From Raillietiella orientalis (Eukaryota), in assembly GCA_036172245.1 (NCBI GenBank), contig JAYWIR010000044.1, forward strand, positions 434,001 through 498,000: a DNA stretch of 64,000 bases, read 5' to 3'. Shown in pieces: positions 11,973 through 25,255 of this stretch. Position 1 is the stretch's first letter; every line of letters begins with the position of its first letter. The position numbers and the translations under genes were made by a program. The notes under the pieces were generated by a model that had not been told where the DNA came from, ran no database searches, and saw only the letters and a program-made list of their open reading frames with translations.

Positions 11973-14389
11973 CTTATCTGGAGGAGAGTTGGGACTCATT
12001 GCGAGGGAGGATGTGGAAGTTGAAAAGGGTCCATTCAACTTCGGTGCATTGTGTATACGAAAGTTGGATGAAACGAATAAAAGTGTCGCTTCCAGTTCGG
12101 AATAATGCTGACTCCTACACTCGCGTAGATGTTCCATTGTGAGTTCTATGAAGAGGCAAGGAGAACCAGGACACTGTTTTGTGAACGTGCAAGGGATTCT
12201 TTCGGATCTCATGCTGGAGTTCCAATACTAATTTAATAGAGCATTAGTGGGAAAGCGGTACGAAATAAGAAGTTCTAGATACCGTTAACCATCTATAGTG
12301 GTATCTGAGAGGATGTTTGGAGTTGCTATGCAGTCTCGTGCATCCAGTGCAGAACGATGAAGGTTTCCACTCTGCAGTTCAAAAGGTGCCACCATCTCGT
12401 TGCACTGCTGAAGGTGGTCCTTGCCTGAAGGCGTTGCTGCAGCGTTGTGCTCCTTGTGACGAAACCGTTTGGCAGGCGCAGCAGAGGGTTGAAAGTTGCT
12501 GGGGAGTTCGCTCTAATGGAACTTCCACTTGCATCTTGCCACGACAGGTGAAATTCTAGCATAGTCTAAAAAAAACAGAGAGACAGGTGAAGTTCTTTAC
12601 TTGGCGCTATAAATATCTGCTTAGGAAGAAGGTGGTTCAGAAGTCTCAATCTTCTTTGCTGGCTCAGCGAAGAACCGAATGCTCCATTTTGTTTAAGTCA
12701 AGTACCATTTGCTCTACAAGACTGGCAGTGAGTGAGGTGCAGATGCCGTGGAATTCCTAAAAACCTTATTTGTTGCTACATCGGTTCTTTTTTCCGATTT
12801 CCATCACTGTGTACCTCATTCTTTTTTAAAAGGAAAAAAAAAAACACATTTGAATATCCACCGGCATTGATGCATGGGTCCACGATGCTTCTGCTCTGGA
12901 TAGTGAGAGGCGCAGTAGATTCCAAAGAAGGGAATTGCAAGCCAGTGCCGAACCAGATCCCTGAGGCGATGCAAAAGGGAACGAAATCAGCAGCCTGATC
13001 CATCTCGGGTGGACTCTTTTCGCTTCCTCATTCCAGGGAGGGATTCTGCATCTTCAGTTTCACAGCCGGCCAACTACGAGAGGAAAACGCCGAAGCTCCG
13101 AGATTGCTGAAAATGCTTCTTTACTGCATGAAACGCCCGAGCAAACTCCAAGCATCCTCGGGACGGGCAGCTTCTTTATCACATCTTCGATAGCGGAAAT
13201 ACACCAGCTACCATCCGTTCATCAATTTCGCATTTCAGGATTGCTTAGTATCGCTTGAGTGATGGAATGTCACTTGCGGCATCGACAACGCGAAAGGCGA
13301 AGAAAAGGACGCGATTTTCTCGTACGCCTTTCCTTCAGCCGTACGGTTCGGGAGGCGATGCTTGGGTGGGTGTACAGGGCCTCCTGAGTGAGGTTTACAA
13401 ATTCCTTTCCAATGCACCATTTCGACCTATCCCCGATGAAAGGAAAACATTTGTTCGGGACATTCTTGGCCGCTTCCACTCTGAGTGAAGAGATGCAGGA
13501 ACCCGCTGATGCTGGGAATTTGCAATGCCTCTTCTGCCTTCTCTTCCGCTGGTCCGCAGAGCGAGGCTGAGATTCCTGAGGATTTCTCGGACATCAGCGA
13601 TACCTCGTGGCCCACCTCCCGCTCCCCAAGTACAGTCAGCAGCTGATGAATCACCGGTCGCAGCATTTCCTTGCTGGATTTCCCACCCTTTGTACCTTCC
13701 TTTGTGGGGATCTTGCCACCACTTCGCTGCTCAGCAGGTCAAGAGCGTCCAAAGGGTAGTGCTCCTGCCGTTGCAGGCATTCTTCCTCGGAGACAGACAA
13801 AAGAGTCACTGCTGCCCTTCTTCCTCCTACTCCTTTCACGCACCGTTACTGGAGGTTCATAGGGATGGAAGAGTCCCCAAACGAGTGCTCTTCCTTCTGT
13901 CTGGAACACCAGGTCCTGCTTGAGCTCGGTGGTCATTGCCGCCCGAGTGTCATTACCTGGATGAAGGTCATCTGTCCTCCGATGGCTCCAGGTGGCACTA
14001 ACAGATCGCCTTGTCTCATCGTGGTCATGCCGTGGCTGCTGCTGATGCACCTGCCGAGAACTTTTCCCAACTTTCGCTTCTTCCACATGGGCAATCAGCT
14101 CTGCACATGGTGGGCGTTGCCAGCACTGTTTCAACGTCGGCTCACTACGCGTGAATTTAAAATCGGCTGGTGACTGATGAAGCAATGCGTCCATCTTCAC
14201 ATTATCTTGGAACCCATCTTCCTTCACATCTGTGTCCAATCTGAGTCTCCTCGTGCGACCACGCGTGCTTTCTCTCCGACAACCCATTCACAGCCCGACT
14301 CCTCTGGGAGGGCGGCCCTCCAACGCCAAACACTTTTCTCTGGGGTTCCGGGATCTACCCCAAAGACCTTAGGGGCATGCAACTGCCTG

Positions 14390-14830
14390 CTCGCCCTCTG
14401 GGATGAGGAACGCGCTCCAGGAGCAGGGCGAGGGGTGCACACCTTCGAACAAATACCCACAGTCAATCATCGCTCTCGCTTTCACCTCAGTCTGGTGGCC
14501 CGGAGCATGCTGCTGTCTTACCAGCTCACGCACGTCGCTTGGCCGCACTTTTTAGGCATGTCGTCCTCCTGATGCCATCGTGGGAGGACGTCCACTTCGC
14601 CCTCTGGAATCCGTTCGACATGAGCCACTCCGAGAGGGCTAATCCTCGTTGTCGCGGGGATGCTCCTCAATTCATTATGGCATCCTCTGCTGGGGTTGAC
14701 GGATGTCCCCTTTGCCCCTAATCATGGGACAGATGAAGGCACTCTCAAAGTGAGCTTGCCCTCAGATTCCGTCGTCCAAACCGCGTTCATGCGCCTGCGC
14801 CACCGCGTCGCTTCTGCCTAAGGCCTGCTC
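14390..14830 (+). mobile_element. L1-like reverse transcriptase relic, internally deleted
   Basis: Ordered motifs RAPG (cf. KAPGPDG), ARRLAALFRHVV (LA.RL...L..V), FDMSHS (AFD.V.H), RGDAPQFI (GF...FI), GVDGCPLCP (GVRQGCPL.P). Confidence 0.5.
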
Positions 14831-15490
14831 TTCCTTCCTCAATAGGTTCCACTGGAGCGGGACGTCGCAGGAAGCTCAGAAGGCAATCCACATGTTCCTA
14901 GCGATTCTGCTCCCGTCCTCCACGATGCCCTCGATGAACCTTCCGGCACTATGTAGCCCGTCCTCCCTGAGCTGTCCGTGCGATGCAGAATCCCCTTCGA
15001 AATGCAGGAACCCGAACATCATGCTATGCATTGAGGAGTTCCTCTCCTGTTCGCGGAACCCGATTTGCGGAAGGGAATTCCGTCCCAGGCCACCGCCACA
15101 TGGAAGAGTCCCTCTCCGCTCGACGCAGATCACCTGGCTGTGTGGACGAAACCACATCGGTGGAGGTGCAGCTTGCTCAGCATCCGCTGTGCTTATTGGC
15201 ATGGAGTTTCGGAATGCAGCTTGCGAAAACAACCCAGTGCACGACACTGAAGTAGAAAGCAAAGAAACGACTACTCCATCCGCAAGAAGGGAACGCGTCC
15301 AGATCGGTGCTTTGAGGGATGCCGAAATAAAAAGGCCAGAGGGGGGAAACGCTCTTCCATCACACATCTCTGTCTGTTCTCCATCACTGATCGTCCTGAG
15401 ATGTCAGATGTTGCCTTCATCAAGAGGTGCATAAAGGCAGCACGATGCAGCCACCGTCATCAGACACGGAGGATAAGCAACCATATTATT

Positions 15491-15716
15491 CTGCTGTCTC
15501 AGAGACCAACGTGTTCATCTTCAGCTGTTTCAGAGACTGGAGTGTTTTCTCACTGCTGTCTAAGATACCAACGTGTTTCTTCGGTCTAAGAGATTAGAGT
15601 GTCTTGAGCTTAGATACCAGAGTGTCCTTCGTCAGCTGTTTCAGGGCCAGTGTGTTTTTCTTCAGCTGTCTAAGACGCCAGCATGTGTTTCCCTGCCTGT
15701 CTCAGAGACCAGCGTT
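15491..15716. repeat. Degenerate ~30-bp minisatellite, about 7-8 units
   Basis: Repeated GCTGTYTMAGAKACCAR.GTGTTTTCTTCA-like units. Confidence 0.85.
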
Positions 15717-15734
15717 ACTCGTGCGACTATTTGA

Positions 15735-15930
15735 TTGGAATTGCGCGGACTTGGCGGGAAGGTTTCTTTAACCAACGCGATTCCCCAAGGATTTCCCACC
15801 ATGGAATTGCAACTGTCGGGACGTCGGTTCGGGGCACCCTTTCTGGAATCGGCAGCTGCTTTTGGCAGAAGCCCTTACCTTCCTCCAACATACCAAAAAG
15901 TTTTAATCTGGGGTGCCGATATGCTGCTCA
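15735..15930 (+). mobile_element. L1 ORF2 post-RT relic
   Basis: GLGGKVSLTNAIPQGFPTMELQL...KVLIWG resembles LS..GK..L.N..L...P.Y...F.WG; colinear with the RT relic at 14390 and with LDEVPASLWTSSSVF at about 17265-17310. Confidence 0.4.
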
Positions 15931-17665
15931 AGTGAAGATTAATTTTCCTGCCGACTTGTGCCCAGGTCTCCGTACCTGCCCTGTCTGGACACTCCCACTC
16001 CGGAAATTCCCTCTGAGATTTGATTTAATCCTCCTGAGCTCCTGCCCGGACTTTCTCTCCCTGACGCAGGAACATACCGGCAAGTCAGCTTGTAGGGAAG
16101 AGGCCATGTACAATTCTTCGTCGACAAGAGTTCTTTTAGCAGCTGTGGGCTGCCGCGGAACAAACTATCTGTGACTTGTTTAAGTGAGCTGAGCAGAACG
16201 AATTGCCACGTGGAAATTCTTGTTTATCGTCATCATTGGTACTCGCTGGGAACACAGTCGACGATTTCCAAAAGCGGCTTCCTTCAGCGTCTTGCGTAGC
16301 AATCCATAGGCCTTCCCCACGATACCAGCAAACGTTGTGGCAGTTCCGGAAGATTAGAGACCTTCCAGGTTCCCTTTCAAAATCCCCGTTCATAACTCAT
16401 TATCTTTTGACAGCGCCATCTATCTTGCGGGCTGCTAGAAATTCCGCTCTTTGGACGTGGTTTTATTTTCGGTCTGTCAGAGCAGCTTCTCAGGACTTCG
16501 CTTCCTGAAAATTTATTTATCCCCAAGATAGGTATCATGGGGATAAATAATCCAGGTACACTGGAAAATTGCAAGTTTCCCATTGACCCTTTCATTGGAA
16601 AGTGACTTTTTCGCTTTCGCCGAGTGGCCAGCGATTCTCTCGATGCTTGCGTAAGCAAAAGAACTCGACAAGCCCTGATTCCTCAGCAGCTGACTTGCAT
16701 GAGCCTTATATTCGCTCTTTCAGCGAGCCAAGATGCCTCACTTCCGGGTTCAAGAATGGATGCCACCACCATGTTCTTTTTCTTGTTTCCGAATTTTCCA
16801 GAAAATTATTCTCTCTACGTTCTTCGTGTTAACTCGTTCTGTTGCACATTGCACGGCGTCTCGATGGCGAGTCTTCCTTGTTCCACCACCTTCCCGACCA
16901 TCGGTCCGTTTCTCAGAAGAACCTCCATTTCGCTGATTAATTTACTGTACCATCCACCAAGGAGGCAGCTCACGTTTCACACCTCCAGGGCGCACTGGAA
17001 TGCCTGCCACTATAATCAAGATGCGCCACGACTGCAGCTCTAGGCGAACCACATCGCGCCTCGAACCCTCGCCTCTTTGGTTGGCACCCTCTCGCTGTTC
17101 ATAGCAACCAACGCCTCGCATGGGGTTCAATGCGTGTGGCGTGCGGTGATTCGGTCCTTCAGAGTCTGAGTCATCTGCACTTGCCAAAGTGGACTTCCTG
17201 GTCGCTCTCACGGGTTCCGACAGCCCGAGCCGGATGGTTCCAATCGCCATTCGCCACCTGCACCCTGGATGAGGTCCCAGCGTCTCTGTGGACCTCCTCC
17301 AGCGTTTTTTCTGATTTTGCTGACAATTAACCATTCTCGATCACCCGGAGAAGATGGGCATTTTGTTAGCTCATGCAACCTGCATCACCACATATGAACT
17401 TCTCTCTGAAGAGCTTTTTCTGGGTGCTCGCCGGCCCCGAAAAGGGGCAATTTTTGTTTCTATACCTAAGCCAAGGGGTCCACACGGTCAGAATAAGCGA
17501 GAAAGGACGGTGCCCCTTTTGCTCTGGAACTTTTAGACCTTCTTAGTGGGTAGGATTTGGGGATGATTTGCAGTTTTAAACTCCTTTGACCCTGACTCGT
17601 TGGTTCAACCAGTTTGCTGTCTCGAAGCGCTCCTCGGATTGCCGGAAGCGGAACAAGTCCTCGTG

Positions 17666-17705
17666 CTTTCCTCAAGGCAAGGTGACCACCTTGCCTTGAG
17701 GAAAG
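17666..17705. repeat. Perfect 19-bp inverted repeat with 2-nt spacer
   Basis: CTTTCCTCAAGGCAAGGTG-AC-CACCTTGCCTTGAGGAAAG. Confidence 0.95.
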
Positions 17706-18339
17706 GTGAAAGCAAGGACACCCCTCATCTAACTACCAATGCGAACAAATCGCCGCACTTCCCTCATCTTGGAAGGGAGGGATCGGTGGACAGAACAGAC
17801 AATAAATAAGGGAGGAAAAGGAGTGTCCTTGCTTCGAGAGCAGAATTGATTGCGTTTCTTGGTGCTTGTTCCGGGAATGCAATAATGCAACAACCCCATC
17901 ATATGCTTTCCCTGTTCGCGGAGTTAGGAGAGGGGCAGGAAGGAGAATTTGCTCCCTTCGAGACGCGAAAGCTCAGCTTGGTCATTCTCCTCAGCTGCCA
18001 GCTCTTTCCCGTAACGTTTTCTCCTTCCGTATGAGCAGCAGGAAAAATCCAGGAACGCGAACCACCGCAGATTTAACATGGTGGTTACACTGTTGAGATT
18101 TCTTACGCACGTTTTTTCTCCATGAGGTGGAAGGTGTCGTCAATAACAGGATAGAAGGGGGTCAAGCCCCTCAGAGAGTCCTAGACGCCCTTTTTCTAAA
18201 GCCTCTGAAATGCTCCAGTTCGCAGAAGGAGATAGATGTGCATCCCAGAGGCTGTTTGGCTGCCTCGAGACTGCCCCTTCGACTTCTTCAAAAGAGATCT
18301 GCAAATTCTTCGGGGCCACCGGTGGGCCGAGAATCGCAA

Positions 18340-19320
18340 CTCTTCCACTTCCTCTTTTTCTTGCTCATTTTCATCATTTTGCCGTCCTCGCAACCATCAT
18401 TATCACTGCGTCTGCTCCTCCGGATACCCACCGTCATGGTGATCGTCATAATCACTTCCAGTGTCATCAACACCGTGGCTACCGTCGTGACCATCGTCAT
18501 CATCTTGAGTTTGCTGTCGCGCTCACTCCATCCCAGGGAGACAGGTGTCAGGGTTTCACCTCTTGGCTCCGAAACCACCTTTGCCGCGTCACCTCTTGCG
18601 AAATTCAAGAAGGCAGCTGGATACACTATGGAGGTAGGAGGACCAAAAGTGTACCTTTGAACCGTTTTCTTTTGTTCCTCTTCTGGTCCTCTTCTGGTTA
18701 CTTATTTTCTTCTCCTTCCAGCACCTTTTGCCCCAGGGATCCTCTTTTGGTTCTCTTTTGTTCGTCTTTTGATTCTTCATTTGGTTTAATTTGCTCTTCG
18801 TTTCGTTCTCTCTGGGTCTTCTTTTGTTTCCTTTTTAGTTGCTCATTTGGCTCTTTTATAATCTTTTGCTACAGGGCAGCTGAGGAGGTACCAATGAATA
18901 TTCACTCCATTCGTTTCCCCCTGCCTCCCAGACGGTCCCTAGAAGAATGCAACCTTCCCGTTCTCAGCCTCTTCTCGCTGTTCAATCACGCCATCAGTTC
19001 TGTTCGGATCGTTTTTTGCCTCGAGCTTTCGGACCTCTGAGCCTTCCTTGGTCTAGTTGATTGACGTTATGCATCTCCGTTTTCTCGCATGTGCTGCACG
19101 GGCAGCCTGGCATGCCAGGTGAGCAGGAGGTGTACTCTGTGAAGTTGGTTCCGGAGTCACGAGGGAGTCGAGAGGGAAATCGACCTGTGCAGCGCATGCG
19201 CGAGATGCAGAGGCTGAGATGCAGTCGATCCACCCTTCACAGGCAAAAACCCGCCCAAGGAGTGTGGCACCCCAGCAACAGCACCAGGGAATTCCTTCCT
19301 CCTCAGGGCAAGTGGCCAAT
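18340..19320 (-). mobile_element. L1 ORF1 C-half relic with charged low-complexity tail
   Basis: LGRVFACEGWID...RACAAQVDFPLD then PGCPCSTCEKTEMH (decayed zinc knuckle), followed by K/E-rich and D-rich tracts (18340-18860). Confidence 0.4.
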
Positions 19321-20119
19321 CATTATCAATTTTGAAAATCCTGAAATGGAAAATAGAAAGCGTAATGGGAAGTTTCCAGTTCTGGAGAGCGCAAGAGTTG
19401 CGCTCTTGGGATTCGGTTCCTCGGAGAGGGTTCCCTCGAAGCTCTGCGGCCGGCACGCCGTGCGTGACTGCGCGACTCCTCGCGATGCGGCGGTGTCTTC
19501 GACTGCTGCTGGAAGTGCCCCCACAGAGCTCCCACAGGCGAAGGAGAAAGAAAATCGCTGAGCGAATGATAGAGAATGGACCGCAGTTCCAGTTCCCTTG
19601 CCCGAAAGGCAACCCTTCCACGTCGGCTCCTATGTCAGCGGGAATTAGGGAAACCGTCATATCGCGTCTTCCCGTCGCCCCGGAAAGTGAATTCATCGTT
19701 CCGATCCTGTCGTGGAGCGTCGAGGATAGCGCGGGTGCAAGGAATGGCCCGATTTCTGGCAAAATTGCATCAGAGGAGGCGGCGATGAAATCAATGATGA
19801 CCAACGCTCCGAGGACCACGGCAATGCTCCTGGGAACAGCTGCCCAATTACCCAAAAAATGGACGCAACGTAGGGACCCCTGTTTGCATCGCGAGGCATC
19901 AAGGAAATACTTCCGGGAGAATCCGTACTGACACGTCGTCATCCGTGGATCCGTAGATCATGGAAACCGCCTCCCTGCACTTCTTGCCTGGGCAGCAACG
20001 GTTCAAATTGGGTCAACTCCAGACATTTCGGCATAGACCTCAGGGTGCGATGTAGGGGTTTCTTTCTCTCTATGGGGAACATCCAAATTTCGGGGGTCAG
20101 TAAGACGCTGGGCATTGAA

Positions 20120-20560
20120 GAGCCCCATTTGATCTGGAATGCATTTTTTGTTACCCAATTTATTCCCAAACTTTCGACGTCACCTGATCTTAGTTCCCCC
20201 GATCAGTGTAAACGACAGCATCCCCAAGATGCAAGTCATACCTTGATTCCCCTTAGCCTTTGCATTGTGTCAGGAATAGAAGATTTCCAAGAGAGAGACG
20301 CATCTCTCTGCAGCAGATCCCAGGTGTTCCTTGGCATGTGCATTGATCCGCAAAGAGATTCAGAATTCTCTCCTCCCTGCTGCATCGCACCATCACCCGC
20401 TGACTGAAAAGAAGTCGGCCGCTCGTCCTTTGAAAGTGCCCATCAGCAAAGTGCACAAGAAGTCAACCCCGCGTGCTGAGGAACCGACTCACCAGCAGGT
20501 GGCACGGTGAGGCTGCAGCCAGGCGCAGTGGCAGTGCGCCAGTGTCACGCGTAAAGAACT
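20120..20560 (-). mobile_element. Ty3/gypsy-type aspartic protease relic
   Basis: Ordered motifs across frames: DTGA (about 20535-20546), LVHFADG (about 20440-20460), DVESLGINWVTKNAFQIKW (cf. DVILG..WL......I.W). Confidence 0.5.
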
Positions 20561-21166
20561 GGAATGCGAGGAGGAAGATCCGATGGATACAGAACCCAAC
20601 AGCAATAAGATGAATAGACTCGCCTCATGTTGTTGGGTAGGATTCCCTGGGGCAGCGTTTCCCAAACTTTTCCTATGACGGAACGCTCACAAATCCTGAA
20701 ATTTTCATGGAATACCTTCGTTATTTTATAGAACAGATAGATATTGACAATAAGTAAATTAAGCAAGCAAATATGAGTTAGGAAAACAAAACAAACATTT
20801 ATTCTCAAATTTAAATCTGTAAAATTTTCATAATTTTTAGCAGAACACTTATTGACTATCCATAGAACACTAATGTTCCGCGGAACCTAGTCTGAGAAAC
20901 TCTGCCCTAGGGAGTCAGTCCAGCAAGCGTGAGAAACCAAGGAATGGTAATGGGATGAAGCACGAGATGGAAAGAGGAACTGATTGCCTCAGAGCAACTC
21001 AGACGGCCGATTCATCTTCCATTTCGTCGTTTCTTTAGCAGGAATACGAATCCTTGGAAATCATCCAAGCCTTCCGTACGTAAAGCAAGAGGTGGCACAG
21101 AGAAGACAAGGCCGAAGGAAAGCGGTGCGCCACGGCTAAGAACTTGACATTTCTCTTCCTGATACA

Positions 21167-23957
21167 GAGCGAGCGCAACACAAAGACGGAATGACGGTGA
21201 CGGTGACGGCAAAGACGGATACGATCATTGTGACGATGGCAACGACAAGATCAAAGAAGAAAAAACGGAGAGAAAGAGGATGAAGGGAGTAAGAGGAGAA
21301 GAAGAAGAGCACGAAAAGGACAAAAAGGAAAAAAACAGGATGGAAGCAGGGAGACAAGGAGGAGGACGAAGGGACGAAAAAACGACGGAGAAGAGCAGAA
21401 TGAGGGTAGCGAGAAGTGCGGGGGAAGCAAGAGAAAAAAGCTGCGATTCCCAACTCCTGTTCCTAGGTGACAGATATTCGTCGTTGAGTAGGGGCAAAGA
21501 TGCAGCTTAACTTCGCCGATCGAACGAGAGACGGTGCTCTCAGCGTGGTGTGCCTTTCAGCCTCGTACCCTGGAATCGTCTCGCGCGGAGAGAGGCTCCG
21601 GCTCCCGAAAAAGAAAAGAAAAAGATGCAGCTTCAGTCAATCGGTAAGACAAGCTGCGACCCTAACACCTGCCTTTCTGGTGCGCAGCAAGAGCAGCTTC
21701 CACTACGGGATTCGGACTCTGGTGACGTCAGCGACGAAGACGGTGTCCATGCCGGATTGATCACGATGCTCTGAATAGCGACGACCTCCTGGTTCCTCCA
21801 GGATTGCTTGGAGTGGGTCACATCTGCCACACCTCCCTCACCAATCGCCGATCAACTCCAAAGAGGGAGAACACACACATTGCAGTCACCCATCTCCCCG
21901 TGCCCTGAAGACATGGTGAGCAGGTCGTCGACCTTCTTTCCTCGTCATCTGGCAATCGAAGAGCTCTTACGGACGAAGGGAACCAACCTTCTTTCACCTA
22001 CGAAGGCACCGCGCCAACGAGAACGCCAACGATCAATACGCAAAGCAGGCATGACTCTTCTCAAGTGCACCCGAACGCGCGGATCCAGCATTCCATCACG
22101 AGGAAGCAACAAACCGCCAAAGCATACCCAGGGTTTACCTTCAGGGAAGGCACGGAAATCGTTGACAACTTTCTTTCTCTCCCTCTTCAAGTCAATCCTC
22201 TTTCCAGTTCAAGTTCCTCTTCAAGTCAAAACCGCCCGGGAGATCCACAACGACTCCTACCGTTCTGAAGCGCTACGAGTGCCGTGCGTCCAGGGCGCAC
22301 GTGCCCGTAGGCGTCACGCCGGTCTGCCCCCCCAAATTTTCTTTTTCCCAGTGCCACTTTTATTGCCATCGCTCACTTTCCAAGCGATGGCCCTGCAGAC
22401 GTCGTCGCAGCAGAGGTTGCAAAGAGATGCCGTCTTGCAAAGACAGCCGCCTCTGTTCGCTGGGCAACTCCGCTGCTTGTCAGCTGAAAGCGGAAGCAGT
22501 CGCCCCGCAACTCGCAGCTCGGTCGACGATCTTCCAGTTCAGCGGAGTCCCGCGGACAGGAGGGAACGAGTTGTCATTCTGCCGGTCGGGACACTCTTCG
22601 CGTTGGGTGCGCAACACGCTGTCGCTGAAGCCCAGACAGAGGGTGGCGGATAAGCCACGGTCGCTCCCGTGCCGTGGAGCGATTCCTCCACCACGGTGGA
22701 CATTTAGCGAAGAGTGACCTCCCGCAAGGCATAGCGCAGTCCCTGCTGCGGTTTGCGAGCGCGGACGAGCGGTGAAGACCAGGAATGTCGAATCTGCGTG
22801 CTCGGGATGTTCGCGCGCCTCGTCTTCGTCTGCCGGCGTCCTGGTCATCACTTTGGACAAGAAGAGAAAGATTTGGCTTCCGAGCTAGCAAGGAGAGACC
22901 ATTGGAGACGCGTGCTCGGAAGCGTTTCTGCCTGCGCTGACGTCGGACCCTACGGAAGGCGATTGTCTGGGACGGGGCGCTTCGTCTCTCGTTCTTCATG
23001 GATGGATGACGTACCCTTCAGTTCGTGCTGAGGCAGCGTAGAAAATCCAACTTTGATGGGGTCCAACTTTCACCGACCTCTGTAAGAAGTTTCCAGGCGT
23101 GAGGGCACCGCCATGGACTTGGCTGCGCAGATCGTCCATGTTCCTTCCTACCCGACTACCGCCTTGCCTACCGTCCAGTTGCAAATCGGTTGCCTGGATA
23201 CGGGCTCGGTCAGCACGGATCTGGTTCGGCACGGGGTTCGTTTGTTTTCCTCTGGATCGTTGCGGGAGGTGAAGAACGCGCTCGGCGGGTCACACGGCAT
23301 CTTTCGCTCCCCTGATGTCAGGGATGTCTTCCTTCCTGCAACCGAATGGCGGTGCTCGCGCAAGTTCAGTTTGCAACTTGAGACCACGCTTGCGAAGGTC
23401 AGCATGGGTTGCCTCCACGGAGCTGTTGAACGCCGGATGCGTAGCGGAGGAAGCATCCGGTGCCGTGTGGGGGTAGTCGCGGCGAAATCTCGTCTGAAGT
23501 CTGCGAAACGCGTGAGTCCCCATTCGCGGTCCGTTGCGGCTTTCTTTGGCATGGTAGCTACGGAAACTCGTGGCGGCAACTCGTTGCCTGGAGCCTTGCT
23601 GCACTCTCTAGCGAAGGAGGAGTTCTTGGAGGGTGCCGAGAGATGGTGACTATGCGGCAAATTCGATGGTTGCGTTGGGGATCGCAGGCAACGCGCTGCT
23701 GTCCCGTGCCGTGTCCTCGCTGTATTTTTCCTCGAGGATCGCAGAGGGTTCGGTTTTTCTTTTTTCTTTTTTGTCGCGTGTTTTCTTTTCTGGAGGATGA
23801 ATCCATTTACGTCGAGTATTTGAGTAGAGGGGAGCTGTCGCTTTCCTGGGAAGCTGTTTTGTGTGTGTTGCTGAGGGGCATTAATCACAGAGGCTCTTGA
23901 CTGCCCTGTCGTTCGATGTGTTGTGGTGTGCGCAGGAGCTCTGCATGGACATTTTCT
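21167..23957. repeat. Right arm of 2.7-kb inverted repeat; possibly a collapsed LINE on the + strand
   Basis: The repeat itself is directly visible. LINE content is tentative (about 0.3): charged tract 21170-21480, FLQD, PGFTFREGTEIVDNFL (endonuclease-like), SRWVRNT, WMDDV, then a T-tract at 23754-23790. Confidence 0.97.
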
Positions 23958-24479
23958 ATGCAGCTCCGAAGATTGAACTGTTTGTGCGGAAATGGAGTGG
24001 TGCTTTGCAGAATGTGGTGGTTGAGTCGAGTTTTCATTCTGTGGAGACTTTTGCGTTGCACATTTTGATTGTCAGCATTCCTGGGTTAAGGATTTGGCTG
24101 AAGTGTTGTGGAAATTCCTTCGGATAATTTCCCTGTCTTGAGTGGTTTACTGCTGCCTGGAACATAAAGTTCTTGCGGTGTCTTTTATTGTATGCTGAGT
24201 TTTGGCGATTCAGTTTGGGATGCCATGGCGCATTGCCAACGGATTGTTTCCTTGTGTCACCTTGAAATAATGGGGCAGAATGGAATATCTCCATTGTCTG
24301 AAGGGATGAAAAATTGACCCTTCTTGTTTTACTCCTCCCATGCGAGCTCAGTTTCCAGGCAAGTTTTCTTTGAGGGCTGCTAAATAAAAGGACTGTTAAA
24401 TGAGCAAAGACGAGCGCGCCGTCGCCGGTCACTTGATGGTCGCTGAGCCTGCAGACTGCTCCTTGGTGATCTTTACAGA

Positions 24480-25255
24480 ATCATTGAACTCCCTTAGAAA
24501 TTGGAGAAGCCCTAAAGAAAACGGTCTATATCCATCTTCGTCTGCTCATTGGTTGGCTGTTCCCTTGCGTTCTGGAATAGTGGCGCCTTCTCCCTCAAGT
24601 GGCAGTTGTTGGCGTTGCTGGTGGTGCATGGAAGCATCCCGTGCAAAGCGCGACTTTACCACTGCACACGGGGGGCGTGGACTCTTAAGTGTGAGAGGTG
24701 AGGGAAGAGGGAGACCCTCCTGCAACTGCTGTTGAGCTGTGCTGCCCTCTGAACCCTTTGGGATCGAGTCGCGGCGTTGCTATGAATCCTGACGGGCGGT
24801 CCCAGGGACATTTGGAGACGTGCGCGTGCCGCTCTGCTGCCAGCCCCGTCCCTCGCGTCTGCTGCGTCTGCGGAATCGGAACGCGGGAAGAAGAGGCCAG
24901 AATGACAGAGACACCATCCACTGGGCGTGGACCTTTCTGAGGACCGCCTAGAGATAGCCTCACCTGGACACTATCCAAACAGAACTTTGGAGGATCCTGA
25001 ACAGGAAGCCAGAGAAGCCTGGCAGCGTACCGTGATCCCTTCCTCGATTGCCCACCTCTCTGTGCATGGACTTTCCTACTCCGTTTTGTTTGTTTATTTT
25101 TTGTTTTCCCTTCCCCACGCTGCAGAAGGGGACCTTGCCGGTCTGCGTACCGGTCTTCAGCAGGTTCATTGCCCGTGGTAGAACCAACGGTTCTACCAAA
25201 ACATGTATTTTTATTACTTTGATTAATAAGTGCCCTGGCATAACCGATCGATAAA
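24480..25255 (+). mobile_element. LINE 3' end: zf-RVT, C-terminal extension, 3' UTR
   Basis: WQLLALLVVHGSIPCKARLYHCTRGAWTLKCER*GKRETLLQLLLSCAAL*TLW (24600-24765), PHL motif at about 24960, T-tract, hairpin 25176-25198, terminal motif 25225-25255. Confidence 0.8.

Noticed and set aside
14224..14310. Ty1/copia RT motif (GCEWV...KARVVARG, minus strand)
   Set aside because: The spacing is wrong and there are no convincing downstream motifs; it cannot be distinguished from chance.
9225..23957. Single TIR/foldback or DIRS element bounded by the inverted repeat
   Set aside because: No sharp termini or TSD, and no transposase or tyrosine recombinase in the spacer, which is mixed debris.
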